The notes: generated by a model from the letters alone, not told the origin. Shown: positions 1 to 9,735, numbered from the stretch's first letter. The stretch: DNA of 64,000 nucleotides from Thermoanaerobaculia bacterium (GCA_044869805.1 JBIOXV010000172.1:14715-78714), one strand, 5' to 3'. Made by a program: numbers and translations.

Positions 1-102
1 CTTCAGGGCCTCGTCGGTCTGGCCCGTGCGGCGATGCTCCTCGGCGAGCTTCAGGAAGGCTTGGGAGGCGGGCCGCTCGGAGGCGGGGGCGGCGTCAGGC
101 AT
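1..102 (-). CDS. 5' end of a CDS truncated by the window edge, possibly TPR-like
   Basis: A reverse-strand ATG (cat at 100-102) opens a stop-free frame to base 1. It reads MPDAAPASERPASQAFLKLAEEHRRTGQTDEALK. It is absent from the ORF track because it is truncated. No clear SD. Confidence 0.3.
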   Translation of the reverse strand, partial: MPDAAPASERPASQAFLKLAEEHRRTGQTDEALK

Positions 103-233
103 GGGTGGCGCCCCATGCCTCGGGAATCAGGCCGGTGGTTCGAGAGGTCAGCAAGCACAAAACGGCGGCATTATACCAATGTCCTTGCAGGACAAGGGTT
201 TCGGCTGAAGCGCGGCCAACAGGGTGCCGCGCT

Positions 234-1163
234 TCAGGGGCTGACGGTGACGATCTTGGTGATCGAGCTTTCGCCGATGCTGTTCCTGACGGTCAGGGTC
301 ACCGCGAAGTCGCAGCTCGTGGCCGCGCACTGGTAGCGATGGCTCGGGTTCTGGCTCTGAGAGGTGGAGCCGTCTCCGAAGTCCCAGTCCCAATCCGTGG
401 GCCTGCCGGTGGACTGGTCGTCGAACGCCACTAGCAGGCCGCTGATGTCGGTGTCGAAGTCGGCGATCGGCGGCCGTTGGATCAGGATGGTGCTGGACTC
501 GTTCTGGGTGCTGCCGCCGGAACCGCTGGCCTGCACGGTCACTTCGAATTGGTCGCCCGCGAAAGCGAGCAGGTCCGAGCTCGAGACCGTCAGGGTGTCG
601 CTGCGCTGGCCCTGGTTGTCGGTGTTGCGAAAGGCGCCGCCCGAAGCGAGCGTCCCGATATCGGTCTGGAAGTTCACCGGCACGCCGCTGACCGGCTGCC
701 CCTGGGAATCGCGGACCAGCGCCAGCAGCGTAATGGTGCCGCCAGTCTCGGGAATGCTCGAGGGAGTGGCCTGCAGGCTCACGGCGGCGGCGAGCCTGCC
801 GACCTGCACCGTGACCTCGTTCGACTCGGACGGCCCCGAACGCGCGATGAGCTTCGCCTCGCCCGGGCGTCCGCCGCCGGTCAAGATCGCCGTGGCGACG
901 CCGGCGTCGTCGGTCTCGACGGTCGTGGCGCTCAACTGCCCCAGGGTCGTCGAGAGCAGGACCTGCGTGCCGGGGTTGACCGGCGTGCCGTTTTCGCGCC
1001 GGGCACGGACGGTGATCGTGGAAGTGCCGTTGGCGGCGATCTCGGCCGGGCTGGCAGAAAGCGTGAGCACGGCGCCGGAGGGCGCCACCGGAGTCGCCTT
1101 GTCGCAGGCATAGACCAAGGGCAGCAGGGCCGTCGCAAGCAGCAAAATGCGGGGTGTTTTCAT
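234..1163 (-). CDS. Lipoprotein with tandem bacterial Ig-like (Big_1-type) repeats and a C-terminal PKD domain
   Basis: 309-aa ORF with a signal peptide and lipobox (LPLVYAC). It has repeated Ig-like segments (GTSTITVRA..., GGTITLLALVRD...). The C-terminal PKD signature is WDWDFGDGSTS...HRY...VTLTVRN. ATG at 1161-1163. Confidence 0.8.
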   Translation of the reverse strand: MKTPRILLLATALLPLVYACDKATPVAPSGAVLTLSASPAEIAANGTSTITVRARRENGTPVNPGTQVLLSTTLGQLSATTVETDDAGVATAILTGGGRPGEAKLIARSGPSESNEVTVQVGRLAAAVSLQATPSSIPETGGTITLLALVRDSQGQPVSGVPVNFQTDIGTLASGGAFRNTDNQGQRSDTLTVSSSDLLAFAGDQFEVTVQASGSGGSTQNESSTILIQRPPIADFDTDISGLLVAFDDQSTGRPTDWDWDFGDGSTSQSQNPSHRYQCAATSCDFAVTLTVRNSIGESSITKIVTVSP

Positions 1164-1249
1164 CTCAGGGCGAGTATACGGAGCGGGGCGGCCCCCCGTC
1201 TAGGAGACCGCCCCGAGGTGCGAGGCCGCGAGAGAGGAGAGCGCCGGCG

Positions 1250-3070
1250 CTACGAGCTCTCGCTCGGGTCGTTCGGCCCGGTGCACTGCGGGTCGAGCGC
1301 GTCGATGAAGGTGTCGCTGTCGTTGTCGAAGCCGTCGCTGCACTGCGGCACCGCGGGCGCCACGTCGCCGCGGCAGCTCTGGTCGGCCGGAATGAAGGTG
1401 AAGGCGCCGGTCGCGGTGTTCTCGCACTCGGTCAGCAGGTTGGAGACCGTGACGTCGACCGCGGTGCGCACGAAGCGCATGCCCTCCTGCGCGTCGCCGT
1501 TGTCGTTGCAGGCCTCCTCCTCGAAGTCGGGGATCACGGTGCTGACGGCGATCTGGGTGCCGGCCGCGTTGACCGAGATCACGGACGCGGCGGCGTCGCC
1601 GAACAGCACCCGGACCGGGGCCTCGAAGCCGCTGCCTGAAACCGTCACGTTCACCGAGCCGCCGCTCGCGCCGGTGGCGCTGGGCGGCGACACGCCGGTC
1701 ACCACCAGCGACGGGACGCGGTAGCGGAAGTCGGCGATCGGCGGGCCTTCACCGCCGTTGGTGGTGTCGGAGGCACCGCTGTTGACGTTGATCACCTGGA
1801 CCGGCCCGGTCACGTCGGAGCAGCCGGTGACCACCGGGATCGGAGCGCGGACGCGGATCTCCGAGCCGCTGACATTCAGGACCTGCGCCTGGATGCCGGC
1901 GAGGTTGACGGTCACCGGCGACTCGAAGCCCTGGCCGAAGATGGTCACCGTGGCCTGCGAGTCGAACACCACCTGGTCCGGCGACACCGAGGTGATGACC
2001 ACGCCGGCGCCGTAGCGGAAGGCGCCCTGCGAGATGGTGGTGAAGCCGCTCGACAGGTTGCGCACCAGGATGTTGACGAGCTGGTTCTGGTTGCCCTGGC
2101 CGAAGCCGGTGGCGGACGGCGTGCGCACCACGATCTGGGTCGTGCTGGCGGACTCGACCGTGGCCTCGACGCCGCTGAAGGTGCCGGGCGTCAAGCCGAG
2201 GCCAAAGAGCACCTGCACCGGCGGCTGGAAGCCGGAGCCGGTGATGGTCACCCGGGTGCCGCCCTCGTTGACGCCGGAGGCCGGGGTGACCGAGTTCACC
2301 GTCGGCTGGCTGGTGGTTCCGCCGGGGGTGTAGATGAAGCCGCTGGTGAGCTGGTCGAGCTGCTGGTTGTCCTCGTTCAGATGGATGGTCACCACCACGT
2401 TCACCGGCCGCGTGGTGCCCGCGGGCACGGTCTCGGTCGAGGCCGGGGTCACCACCCGGATGCTGGTCGGGGTCACCGACAGCACCTGCGCCGCCACGCC
2501 GTCGAAGGTCACCCGCACCGGCTCGGCGAAGCCGCCGCCCTGGATGGTGACCACGTCACCGCCGTTCGGGGTGCCCTGGCTCGGCTGCACGAAGGAGATG
2601 AAGAAGGTGGCCTCGCCCTCGATCCGCACGTTGGCCTGGCCGATCGAGCCCTCGAGCCGCGCCTGCACCACGGCGGTGCCGGCGACCACCCCGGGGAAGA
2701 GCAGGGTCTGGGCGTTGCCGTTGACCAGGCTGAGCACGCCCGAGGTGATGCCGCTTCCCAGCGAGCCCAGGTCGCCGAGCGAGGTGCTGATCACCACGGT
2801 CGTGCCGTCGGCCGGCGGCTGGCCGTTGTCGCGGCGCCGCACCTGGATGGTGATCGTCGAGGCGTCGTCGGATCCCGCCGGAAGGGTGGCTGGATCGGCG
2901 ACCACGCTGATCGTGAAGTTGTTGGTTCCGCCGCCGCCACCGCCGCCGGGCGGCGCTGGCTGCTGGGTCGGCTCCGAGGGCGAATCGGTCGAGCAGCCTG
3001 CCACGAGCGCCAGAACGCCCAGGCAGACCACCGCCAGCAGCGGGTTTCGGGTCACAAGGTGGGTCTTCAT
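1250..3070 (-). CDS. Lipoprotein with at least four IPT/TIG repeats and a Cys/Asp-rich C-terminal tail
   Basis: 606-aa ORF with lipobox LVAGC and a poly-Gly linker. The IPT/TIG pattern recurs (VNSVTPASGVNEGGTRVTITGSGF, ITSVSPDQ...VTIFGQGF, VTGVSPPS...VTVSGSGF). The tail is CSDGFDNDSDTFIDALDPQC. SD GGGAGAG lies upstream. Confidence 0.8.
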   Translation of the reverse strand: MKTHLVTRNPLLAVVCLGVLALVAGCSTDSPSEPTQQPAPPGGGGGGGTNNFTISVVADPATLPAGSDDASTITIQVRRRDNGQPPADGTTVVISTSLGDLGSLGSGITSGVLSLVNGNAQTLLFPGVVAGTAVVQARLEGSIGQANVRIEGEATFFISFVQPSQGTPNGGDVVTIQGGGFAEPVRVTFDGVAAQVLSVTPTSIRVVTPASTETVPAGTTRPVNVVVTIHLNEDNQQLDQLTSGFIYTPGGTTSQPTVNSVTPASGVNEGGTRVTITGSGFQPPVQVLFGLGLTPGTFSGVEATVESASTTQIVVRTPSATGFGQGNQNQLVNILVRNLSSGFTTISQGAFRYGAGVVITSVSPDQVVFDSQATVTIFGQGFESPVTVNLAGIQAQVLNVSGSEIRVRAPIPVVTGCSDVTGPVQVINVNSGASDTTNGGEGPPIADFRYRVPSLVVTGVSPPSATGASGGSVNVTVSGSGFEAPVRVLFGDAAASVISVNAAGTQIAVSTVIPDFEEEACNDNGDAQEGMRFVRTAVDVTVSNLLTECENTATGAFTFIPADQSCRGDVAPAVPQCSDGFDNDSDTFIDALDPQCTGPNDPSESS

Positions 3071-3103
3071 TGCTGCTCTCCCTCAAGTCCCTGCACGGGC
3101 CTG

Positions 3104-3649
3104 CTACGGCACGAACTCGACGACGAACGAGGCGGTGTTGGACTTCACGTTGTCACCGGCGAGCGTGCGGCCGAAGAACGTGACGTTGCAGTTGATGCGA
3201 ATGGTGGTCTCCCCGGTCTCCTTGTCGAAACCGCCGTTGATGAACTGGAGATCGGAGAGCGGGACGGTGTCGAGCTGCTCCAGGATGAGGACCGGCAGGT
3301 TGTCGATGGTGTCGGTGCCACCTACCGGCACCGCCCCGAAGATGCCGCCGACGTGGGTGGGCGGGCGGCGGGTGCCGCGATCGGCGCGGGTGTAGACCAC
3401 CTCGAAGGAGCGCAGCTCGATGTCCATCAGGTTGCTGGTCACGCCCGCCGGGTCCTTGGCGAAGTTGCTGAGCGTGAACTCCTCGACCTGCACCGCGGTG
3501 GTGCCGTTGACCGAGACCTGGAACGGCAGCCCGTCGAAGCCGGTGATCGTGAGGATGACGCCGCCTTCGCTCTTGTCGGTGCGATCGTTGCAGCTCGTCG
3601 CCATCGCGGCGAGGGCGATCAACCCCAGAGAGATGAGTGTCTTTCGCAT
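3104..3649 (-). CDS. Small lipoprotein of unknown function directly downstream of pilQ
   Basis: 181-aa ORF with signal peptide and lipobox (AAMATSC). GGAGG lies 12 nt upstream of the ATG. It starts 19 nt after the pilQ stop on the same strand. Confidence 0.75.
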   Translation of the reverse strand: MRKTLISLGLIALAAMATSCNDRTDKSEGGVILTITGFDGLPFQVSVNGTTAVQVEEFTLSNFAKDPAGVTSNLMDIELRSFEVVYTRADRGTRRPPTHVGGIFGAVPVGGTDTIDNLPVLILEQLDTVPLSDLQFINGGFDKETGETTIRINCNVTFFGRTLAGDNVKSNTASFVVEFVP

Positions 3650-3668
3650 GGTGCAGCTACCTCCGAAC

Positions 3669-6203
3669 CTACAGGTTGACCACCCGCGGGGTGATGAAGA
3701 TCAAGAGCTCTTCGTTCTCGTCGGTGCGGCGGCGGTTCTTGAAGATCTCACCGATGATCGGGATATTGGCGAGGCCGGGCACGCGGTCCTGGCCCTGGTC
3801 GCTGGTCACCTTGTAGATGCCGCCGATGACGGTGGTGCCGCCGTCGCGCACGATGACCCGGGTCCGCGCCTCCTTGGTGGCGATCGGCGCGTTGGTGGCG
3901 CCGGCGACGGCGAAGGCGAGCTGCGGCTCGCGCTTCCTGACCTCGAGCTCCATCAGCACCGTGCCCTCGGCGGTCACGTGCGGCGTCACCTGCAGCGCCA
4001 GCGTGGCCTTGACGAACTGGGTGGTGACGGTGTTGTTGGTGATGGTCTGGATCGGGATCTGCAAGCCGCTCTGGATCTCGGCCTCCTCGTTGTTGAGCAC
4101 GGCGACCTTGGGCGCCGAGAGAATGCGGATCAGGCCTTCATTCTCCGCCGCCTGGAGAGCGATGTCCAGGTTGAAGCTGTTGAGGACGTTGCCCAGCGAG
4201 AGGTTGAGGAAGCCGTTCCTGGCGCCGGTGATGAGGTTGACGCCGCCCTGGCCCTCGATGTTGTTGGGGAACACCAGGCCGGTGGTGTTGCCGAAGCGGG
4301 CGCTCGCCTCGCCGCCGACCGACCACTGTACGCCGAGCGAGCGCGTGAAGCGCTTGGTGGTCTCGACGATCCGTGCCTCGATCATCACCTGCGGCTCGGG
4401 GGTGTCGAGCTCGTTGATCACCGCCGTCACGGTGTCCATGTACTCGGGCAGCTCTTTGATGATCAGCGAGTTGGTGCGGGTGTCGACCCACACGCTGCCG
4501 CGCTGCGAAAGGATGCCGCCGCGCACCGCGAGCAGGGCGGCGACTTCTCTCGCCGTGGCGTAGGAGAGCCGCCGCATGATGGTCTTCAGCGGCACCTGCA
4601 GCGCCTTGGCGGCGGCCAGCTCCTGCTGCTCCTTGGCCTCGTCCTTCAGCACCTTGATCGGTGCGATGCGCATCACCGTGCCTTCGAGCTCGTAGCCCAG
4701 GCGGTTGACGCGCAGGATCTGCTCCAGCGCCTGATCCCAGGGCACGTTGTTGAGCTCGACCGTCACCGCGCCCTTGACCTCCGGCTGGACGACGATCGAC
4801 AGCCCCGAGATGGCGGCGAAGCTGCGCAGCGTCTCGACCAGATCGGCGTCGCGCAGGGTCATCGAGATGGTGTCGCCGGAGTAGGTGCGCTCCTGGCCGG
4901 AGACGGTCCGCGAGCCGAAGGTCTTGGTAGTGAAGGTGCGGTCCCCGGGGCCCTCGTCCACCGCCGGCGCCTCCTCCACGGCCCGGGCCGCGTAGGCGCC
5001 GAGGTCGTTGGTCGGCATCGGACGGCGCGGCGGAGGCTCCGCCGCGCGTGGCGCGGCGACCGGCGGCGGAGCGGCGGGCGCCGCGCGCACCACGGCGGGC
5101 GCCGGACGCGCGGGCGCGGCCTCGACCGGCGCCGGCTCCTCGGGGGCCGGTTCGGAGACTGGCACCGGGCGGCTCACCGGCCGTGGGCTCTCGACCACCG
5201 GGCTGGCGGATGCCGGGGAGCCGGGCTCGACGAAGCGCACGGTCAGCCCCGAGGCGGTGCGGTCGATCTCCGGCAGGGCCGGGCCGGTGAGGTCGAAAAC
5301 CACGCGCGAAACCGGCTGCGGGAGGGGCTTGAACTGGGCGGTGCGCACCCGGCGGACCAATCCGCTGCCCACTGGCACGGTGGACGCCGGCGCGGCGTTG
5401 ATCACGCCTTCGAGGTCGATGACGAAGCGCTCCGGGGCCTCGAGGCGGAAGGTCGAGTAGGAGAACTCGCCGTCGCCAGCCACCCTCACGGTGCCGTTGC
5501 CCAGCGCCTCGATCGCTTGCAGGCGGGTGGCGAGCGGGCCGGTTGGCGGCGGCGAGTGATGGGGGTTTTCCAGGGTCCCGAGATCGACGTGCGCGGGGCG
5601 CGGCTCGCTTCCGGCGGTGGGAGTGAGCGCCGTGGGCGCGGGCGCCGCGGGCTCCTCGGGCACCGGCTCGTAGGCCAGCGCGCGGCCGCTCTCGGCCGCC
5701 GGCTGGGCAACCGGGTTGAGCTCGAGGCGCAGCAGGTTGCCGTCGGCGACCAGCGAATGTTCGACCTCGCCGGTGGTCGCCACCGTGAGCCGGGTCAGGG
5801 GGCGGGCGGCATTGCTGTCGCTGTCGACGGCGATCGAGGCGACGAGGCCGCTGCCGGGCAGGCTGGACGGCACTCCGGCGCCGGGCTGGCTGTTCGGAAG
5901 CTCGACCACCAGCTTGCCGTCGTCCGTCCGGTAGCTGGTCCACACCAGGGGCCCGGAAGCGGAGAGGTCCACCCGCATGCCGGGTGCGCCCTCGGCCAGG
6001 TCGATCGACTGGATGGCGATGGGTGGCGGGGTCGCTGGGGCGACGGGAGTCGTCTCCCGTACCGGCGAAGGCGCCGCTGCGGTGGTTGCCACCGACCGGC
6101 TGCCGGAGGAGGAGCACGCCAGCGCGAGGAAGATACCCGTGGCCACCATCAGCGCGATCCAGCGCCGGTTGACGTTGCGTTCGGTTTTCACCAAGTCTCC
6201 CAT
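3669..6203 (-). CDS. pilQ: Type IV pilus secretin PilQ (AMIN repeats plus secretin domain)
   Basis: 844-aa ORF with N-terminal AMIN-like repeats and a Pro/Ala-rich linker. The C-terminal secretin signature is VPGLANIPIIGEIFKNRRRTDENEELLIFITPRVV. It follows pilMNOP. Confidence 0.93.
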   Translation of the reverse strand: MGDLVKTERNVNRRWIALMVATGIFLALACSSSGSRSVATTAAAPSPVRETTPVAPATPPPIAIQSIDLAEGAPGMRVDLSASGPLVWTSYRTDDGKLVVELPNSQPGAGVPSSLPGSGLVASIAVDSDSNAARPLTRLTVATTGEVEHSLVADGNLLRLELNPVAQPAAESGRALAYEPVPEEPAAPAPTALTPTAGSEPRPAHVDLGTLENPHHSPPPTGPLATRLQAIEALGNGTVRVAGDGEFSYSTFRLEAPERFVIDLEGVINAAPASTVPVGSGLVRRVRTAQFKPLPQPVSRVVFDLTGPALPEIDRTASGLTVRFVEPGSPASASPVVESPRPVSRPVPVSEPAPEEPAPVEAAPARPAPAVVRAAPAAPPPVAAPRAAEPPPRRPMPTNDLGAYAARAVEEAPAVDEGPGDRTFTTKTFGSRTVSGQERTYSGDTISMTLRDADLVETLRSFAAISGLSIVVQPEVKGAVTVELNNVPWDQALEQILRVNRLGYELEGTVMRIAPIKVLKDEAKEQQELAAAKALQVPLKTIMRRLSYATAREVAALLAVRGGILSQRGSVWVDTRTNSLIIKELPEYMDTVTAVINELDTPEPQVMIEARIVETTKRFTRSLGVQWSVGGEASARFGNTTGLVFPNNIEGQGGVNLITGARNGFLNLSLGNVLNSFNLDIALQAAENEGLIRILSAPKVAVLNNEEAEIQSGLQIPIQTITNNTVTTQFVKATLALQVTPHVTAEGTVLMELEVRKREPQLAFAVAGATNAPIATKEARTRVIVRDGGTTVIGGIYKVTSDQGQDRVPGLANIPIIGEIFKNRRRTDENEELLIFITPRVVNL

Positions 6204-6243
6204 GACACTCGCCTCTCTTTGCCGGCGCCAGGCTCGCTTCGAG

Positions 6244-6798
6244 CTAGGGGCTGAGGCTCTTGACCACCTCGCGGAACGGCTTCAGGGCTGTTGGGTCCTG
6301 AACGTTTTGCTTGAAGACGATCTCTCTGGCGTTGATCGCGACCACGTCACCGTCGAATAGCTGGTCGCCGACCTTGAGTAGGTAGCTCTTCTTCTCGGAG
6401 GAGTGCACCTGGGCGATGTAGCCGTTGCGGGTCCGGAAGATGCCCGCCAGGACCACCTCGTCGATCATCAAGCCGGGGATGCCCGGCGGCCGTGGCCCCT
6501 TGAACTTGGCTTCGGTGGCGGCGATCTTGAGCGATTTGAACGGATCGCGCCGGCCGCCCGGGTCGTAGCTGTAGCCGCGCCCCGACAGCAGGGCCTCCTC
6601 GCCTTCGAGGATCTCGTCGATGTCCTCGAGCGAGGGCAGCGGCGCCACTACGCCGCTCTCTTCGGTGGTGGTCTCCTCCGGCGCCGCAGTCTCCGCCGGC
6701 TGCTCCTGCGCCGCCCGGGGAAGGACTCCGAAGGCCACCGTGGCGACCACCGCCACGGTGAGCAGCAGGCTGCGGTAGCTCTCGCTCGCTCTACACAT
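6244..6798 (-). CDS. pilP: Pilus assembly protein PilP
   Basis: The C-terminal PilP-like beta domain reads GLMIDEVVLAGIFRTRNGYIAQVHSSEKKSYLLKVGDQLFDGDVVAINAREIVF. I chose the ATG at 6796-6798 (MCRASESY...), which overlaps the pilO stop by 8 nt. The track ORF starts earlier, at 6861. Confidence 0.8.
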   Translation of the reverse strand: MCRASESYRSLLLTVAVVATVAFGVLPRAAQEQPAETAAPEETTTEESGVVAPLPSLEDIDEILEGEEALLSGRGYSYDPGGRRDPFKSLKIAATEAKFKGPRPPGIPGLMIDEVVLAGIFRTRNGYIAQVHSSEKKSYLLKVGDQLFDGDVVAINAREIVFKQNVQDPTALKPFREVVKSLSP

Positions 6799-7483
6799 CG
6801 CCGGCCTTCCTTGCCGCTGCGCCCCGCTTCTTGGCGCCGCCCACTGCGCTGCCGATCTCACCCGCCGCTCCAGCGGCCGAGCGCCCCTGGGCGGCCTCCG
6901 CCTCGGCGCCCTCCTCCTCTTCGTTGTAGAAGAAGGTCTTGGCGATGAAGGCCGCCTGGATCGTCCGCGCGTCCGTCTGCTGCGGCATGGCGGTGATGGT
7001 CAGCTTGTCGATGTTCAAGATGCGCGGGAAACGGCCGATCTTGTCGAAGAACAGCGCCAGGTTGTGGTAGCTGCCCTCGAGCGCGATGTCGATTGGCCAC
7101 TCGCTGTAGAACTCCTTCTTCTGCTCGTTGCCCTCGCGGAACACGTTGAGCGCGAAGTCGCCCTGCTCGGCGAGCGACCGCACCTTGCGCAGCAGCTCCT
7201 GGGTGTTGCGCTTGGCGGGCAGGATGCGCAGCAGCTTCTTGAGCTCGAACTCGAGGCGGCCCACCTCCTCGCGGAACTGCGGCAGGCTCTGGGCGGCGGC
7301 GCGCGCCTCGTCGCGCTTGTCCTCCAGCCGGCGCAGCTCGGCCTTCTGCCGCTTGATCGCCTGCTGCTTCGGCATGGCGAGCTGCCAGTAGCCGGCGCCG
7401 GCCAGGGCAGCGCCGAGGAAGGCGCCGAGCGCCAGCCCATACTGGGGTGACTTGCCGTCGAGGCTGATGCCGAAAAACGCCAC
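6791..7483 (-). CDS. pilO: Pilus assembly protein PilO
   Basis: 230-aa ORF with a TM helix, a coiled coil and a PilO-type C-domain (WPIDIALEGSYHNLALFFDKIGRFPRILNIDKLTI). GTG start. It sits between pilN and pilP. Confidence 0.85.
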   Translation of the reverse strand: MAFFGISLDGKSPQYGLALGAFLGAALAGAGYWQLAMPKQQAIKRQKAELRRLEDKRDEARAAAQSLPQFREEVGRLEFELKKLLRILPAKRNTQELLRKVRSLAEQGDFALNVFREGNEQKKEFYSEWPIDIALEGSYHNLALFFDKIGRFPRILNIDKLTITAMPQQTDARTIQAAFIAKTFFYNEEEEGAEAEAAQGRSAAGAAGEIGSAVGGAKKRGAAARKAGDV

Positions 7484-7495
7484 TGCTGCCTCCGA

Positions 7496-8185
7496 TCAGC
7501 GAGACGGCGAGGTCGACCCCGGCGCCGCCGGCGCCGGGCCGGGCGCTGGCGGCGCGCCCGGCTCACCACCCGCCGGGGGCGCCGCTGGCACGCCGCTCTC
7601 TTCCGACGGGTCGGCCTGCGTCACCGGCCGGTACCCGAACTGGAGAGAGAAGTTGTAGGTGTCTTCCTCGCGCGTGGTTTGCGTGCGCCGCGGCTCCTGG
7701 AACTCGGGCACCCGGTCGAGGTTCTCGATAAAGGCGGCGACGGCGTTGGTGCTGAAGGTCTCGCCGGTGATGCTCACCAGGTTGGAGGTCATGTCGAGCT
7801 TGGTCAGCCACAGCAGCTCGGGCAGGCCGCGCGACACCTCGTCGAGCACGCGCACCGGGCCGCGCTGGTTCGCCTTGAGCTCGGTGATGACCTGGATCTT
7901 GTGCTCGAGCTCGGCCTTCTTGGCCTTGAACTCGGCGACCTCCTCGATGATCGGGGCGAGCTCCTCGAGCTCCTCGTTGACCTCGGCGATCTGGTCGTTG
8001 GTCCTCGCGAGCTCGGAGTAGAGCAGCCACCAGTAGATCCCGAAGCCGGCGACCAGCAGCAGCAGCGCGCCGCCGAACATCCACTTGGCAAGGTCTTCGG
8101 AGCGGAACAGCTTGCCGCTCGTCGCCTTGGCGCGCCGCACCGCGGTCGGGCGCTTGCCCTCGGAAAGCAGGTTGATCTTGATCAT
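7496..8185 (-). CDS. pilN: Pilus assembly protein PilN, with a Pro/Ala-rich C-terminal tail
   Basis: 229-aa ORF starting MIKINLL, with a single TM helix and a coiled coil. It starts 6 nt after the pilM stop. Confidence 0.88.
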   Translation of the reverse strand: MIKINLLSEGKRPTAVRRAKATSGKLFRSEDLAKWMFGGALLLLVAGFGIYWWLLYSELARTNDQIAEVNEELEELAPIIEEVAEFKAKKAELEHKIQVITELKANQRGPVRVLDEVSRGLPELLWLTKLDMTSNLVSITGETFSTNAVAAFIENLDRVPEFQEPRRTQTTREEDTYNFSLQFGYRPVTQADPSEESGVPAAPPAGGEPGAPPAPGPAPAAPGSTSPSR

Positions 8186-8191
8186 GGGTGC

Positions 8192-9250
8192 CTAGTCCCC
8201 TACTTTGCGCACCGCCAAGCCGACCGACACCGCCAGCATGGGGGCGATCGACTGCAGCCACTCGCTCGCGAAGTCCCCCTCCCGGTAGCGAATGCGACGC
8301 AGGGGGTTCATCAGCTCGGTGGGAACCTGGAAGCGGTCGGAGAGCACCTGCTGGAGATTCGGGGTCAGGGCGCAGCCGCCGGAGAGCACCAGCTCGTCGA
8401 CCGGGCCCTCGGAGGCGGTGGCCGAGAAGAAGTCGAAGGTCTTGCGGATCTCCTCGGCCATCTCGGCCGACACCGCGTCGAGCACCGGCTTGGCCTCGGA
8501 GAGGCCGTAGCGGTCGACGGACTCGCCCTTCTTCAGCGCCTCGGCCTGCTCGAAGGAGAGGTTGAACTCGCGCTGCAGCGCCTCGCTGAACTGGTTGCCG
8601 CCGAACGAGATGTCGCGCCAGAAGACGGTCGCGCCGCGGGCCAGGATGTTGATGTTCGTCACCCCGGCGCCCATGTTGATCAGCGCCACCGTCTTCAACA
8701 GGTCGAGGTCGTAGTTGATCTCGTAGGCGTTCTGCACCGCGAAGGCGTCGATGTCGACCAGCACCGGGGCCTTGCCCGTCTGGCTGATCACCGACACGTA
8801 GTCGTTGACCTTGTCGCGCTTGACCGCGACCAGCAGCACTTCCATGTTGTCGCGGCCGGGCTCGCCCTCGGACAGCACCACGTAGTCGAGGCGCACGTCC
8901 TGGATGTCGAAGGGGATGTACTGCTCGGCCTCCCACTGGATGGACTCGGCGAGCTCTTCCGGGGCCATCGCCGGGAGCTGGATCTTCTTGATGATCACCG
9001 AGTGGCCGGAGAGCGAGGTGCCGTAGTTGGTGGCCTTGACCTTGGTCTCGTCGTTGAGCTTGTGGATCGCATCGACGACCAGCGAAGAGTCCATGATCGA
9101 GCCGTCGACGATCGCCTCGGGCGACAGCGGCTCCACCCCCAAGCGCTGGAGGTGGAACTCGCCGGCCTTGCGCTCCTTGACCTCGACGAGCTTGATCGCC
9201 GAGCTGCCGATGTCCAGACCGACCAAGCCCTTGGCGCGTGAGAAGAGCAC
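8192..9250 (-). CDS. pilM: Pilus assembly ATPase-fold protein PilM
   Basis: 352-aa ORF with an actin-like fold signature (GLDIGSSAIKLVEV..., ALINMGAGVTNI). GTG start. First gene of pilMNOPQ. Confidence 0.92.
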   Translation of the reverse strand: MLFSRAKGLVGLDIGSSAIKLVEVKERKAGEFHLQRLGVEPLSPEAIVDGSIMDSSLVVDAIHKLNDETKVKATNYGTSLSGHSVIIKKIQLPAMAPEELAESIQWEAEQYIPFDIQDVRLDYVVLSEGEPGRDNMEVLLVAVKRDKVNDYVSVISQTGKAPVLVDIDAFAVQNAYEINYDLDLLKTVALINMGAGVTNINILARGATVFWRDISFGGNQFSEALQREFNLSFEQAEALKKGESVDRYGLSEAKPVLDAVSAEMAEEIRKTFDFFSATASEGPVDELVLSGGCALTPNLQQVLSDRFQVPTELMNPLRRIRYREGDFASEWLQSIAPMLAVSVGLAVRKVGD

Positions 9251-9385
9251 AGTAGGCCCCCAAAGTCCTGTGGTTACGCCAACTTACAGCGGGATACTTA
9301 AAGCTTGGCTCGAGGCTAACACCAAGAAATATGGGTGTCAAGAGGCAGATGCATCTATGGCCATATAGGCCCACGAGGCAAGTCC

Positions 9386-9415
9386 TTGAACCGACGAGCC
9401 TTGTTCTGTTACGAT
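9386..9415 (+). promoter_or_regulatory. Candidate sigma70-type promoter for rpmB
   Basis: TTGAAC (9386-9391), 18 nt, TACGAT (9410-9415). It lies in the comparatively AT-richer pilM/rpmB intergenic region, about 90 nt upstream of the rpmB ATG. Confidence 0.3.
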
Positions 9416-9507
9416 CCGCGCTCCTGCGCCGGGGCGAGCCATGCCTCGGCCTCCTTCAAGCACTCGTATCACGCACTCGTCGTCAACGCGCTAGGGAGCT
9501 CGAGGCC

Positions 9508-9735
9508 ATGGCCAAGCAATGCGAGATCTGCGGCAAGGGCACCACGTTCGGCCGCAAGATCAGTCACGCCCACAACGTCACCAACCGCAAGATGGAGCCC
9601 AACCTCCAGCGCGTGAAGGCCGTCGTCGACGGCGCCCCGCGCCACATCCGGGTCTGCACCCGCTGCCAGCGCAGCGGCGCCGTCAAGAAGCCGCTGGTGC
9701 GCACCTGGACGCCGGAAGCCTCTCCGGCGACCTAG
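9508..9735 (+). CDS. rpmB: 50S ribosomal protein L28 (Cys-containing zinc-ribbon form)
   Basis: Internal ATG at 9508 with GGGAG upstream. The protein reads MAKQCEICGKGTTFGRKISHAHNVTNRKMEPNLQRVK...CTRCQR, matching the L28 pattern. The track ORF (9331) has a spurious N-terminal extension. Confidence 0.9.
   Translation: MAKQCEICGKGTTFGRKISHAHNVTNRKMEPNLQRVKAVVDGAPRHIRVCTRCQRSGAVKKPLVRTWTPEASPAT

Noticed and set aside
3420-6254. 944-aa plus-strand ORF, the longest in this region
   Set aside because: It is entirely antisense to pilQ. The composition is Arg/Gly/Asp/His/Leu-rich and low in complexity with no recognisable motifs. It is a typical GC-driven shadow ORF.
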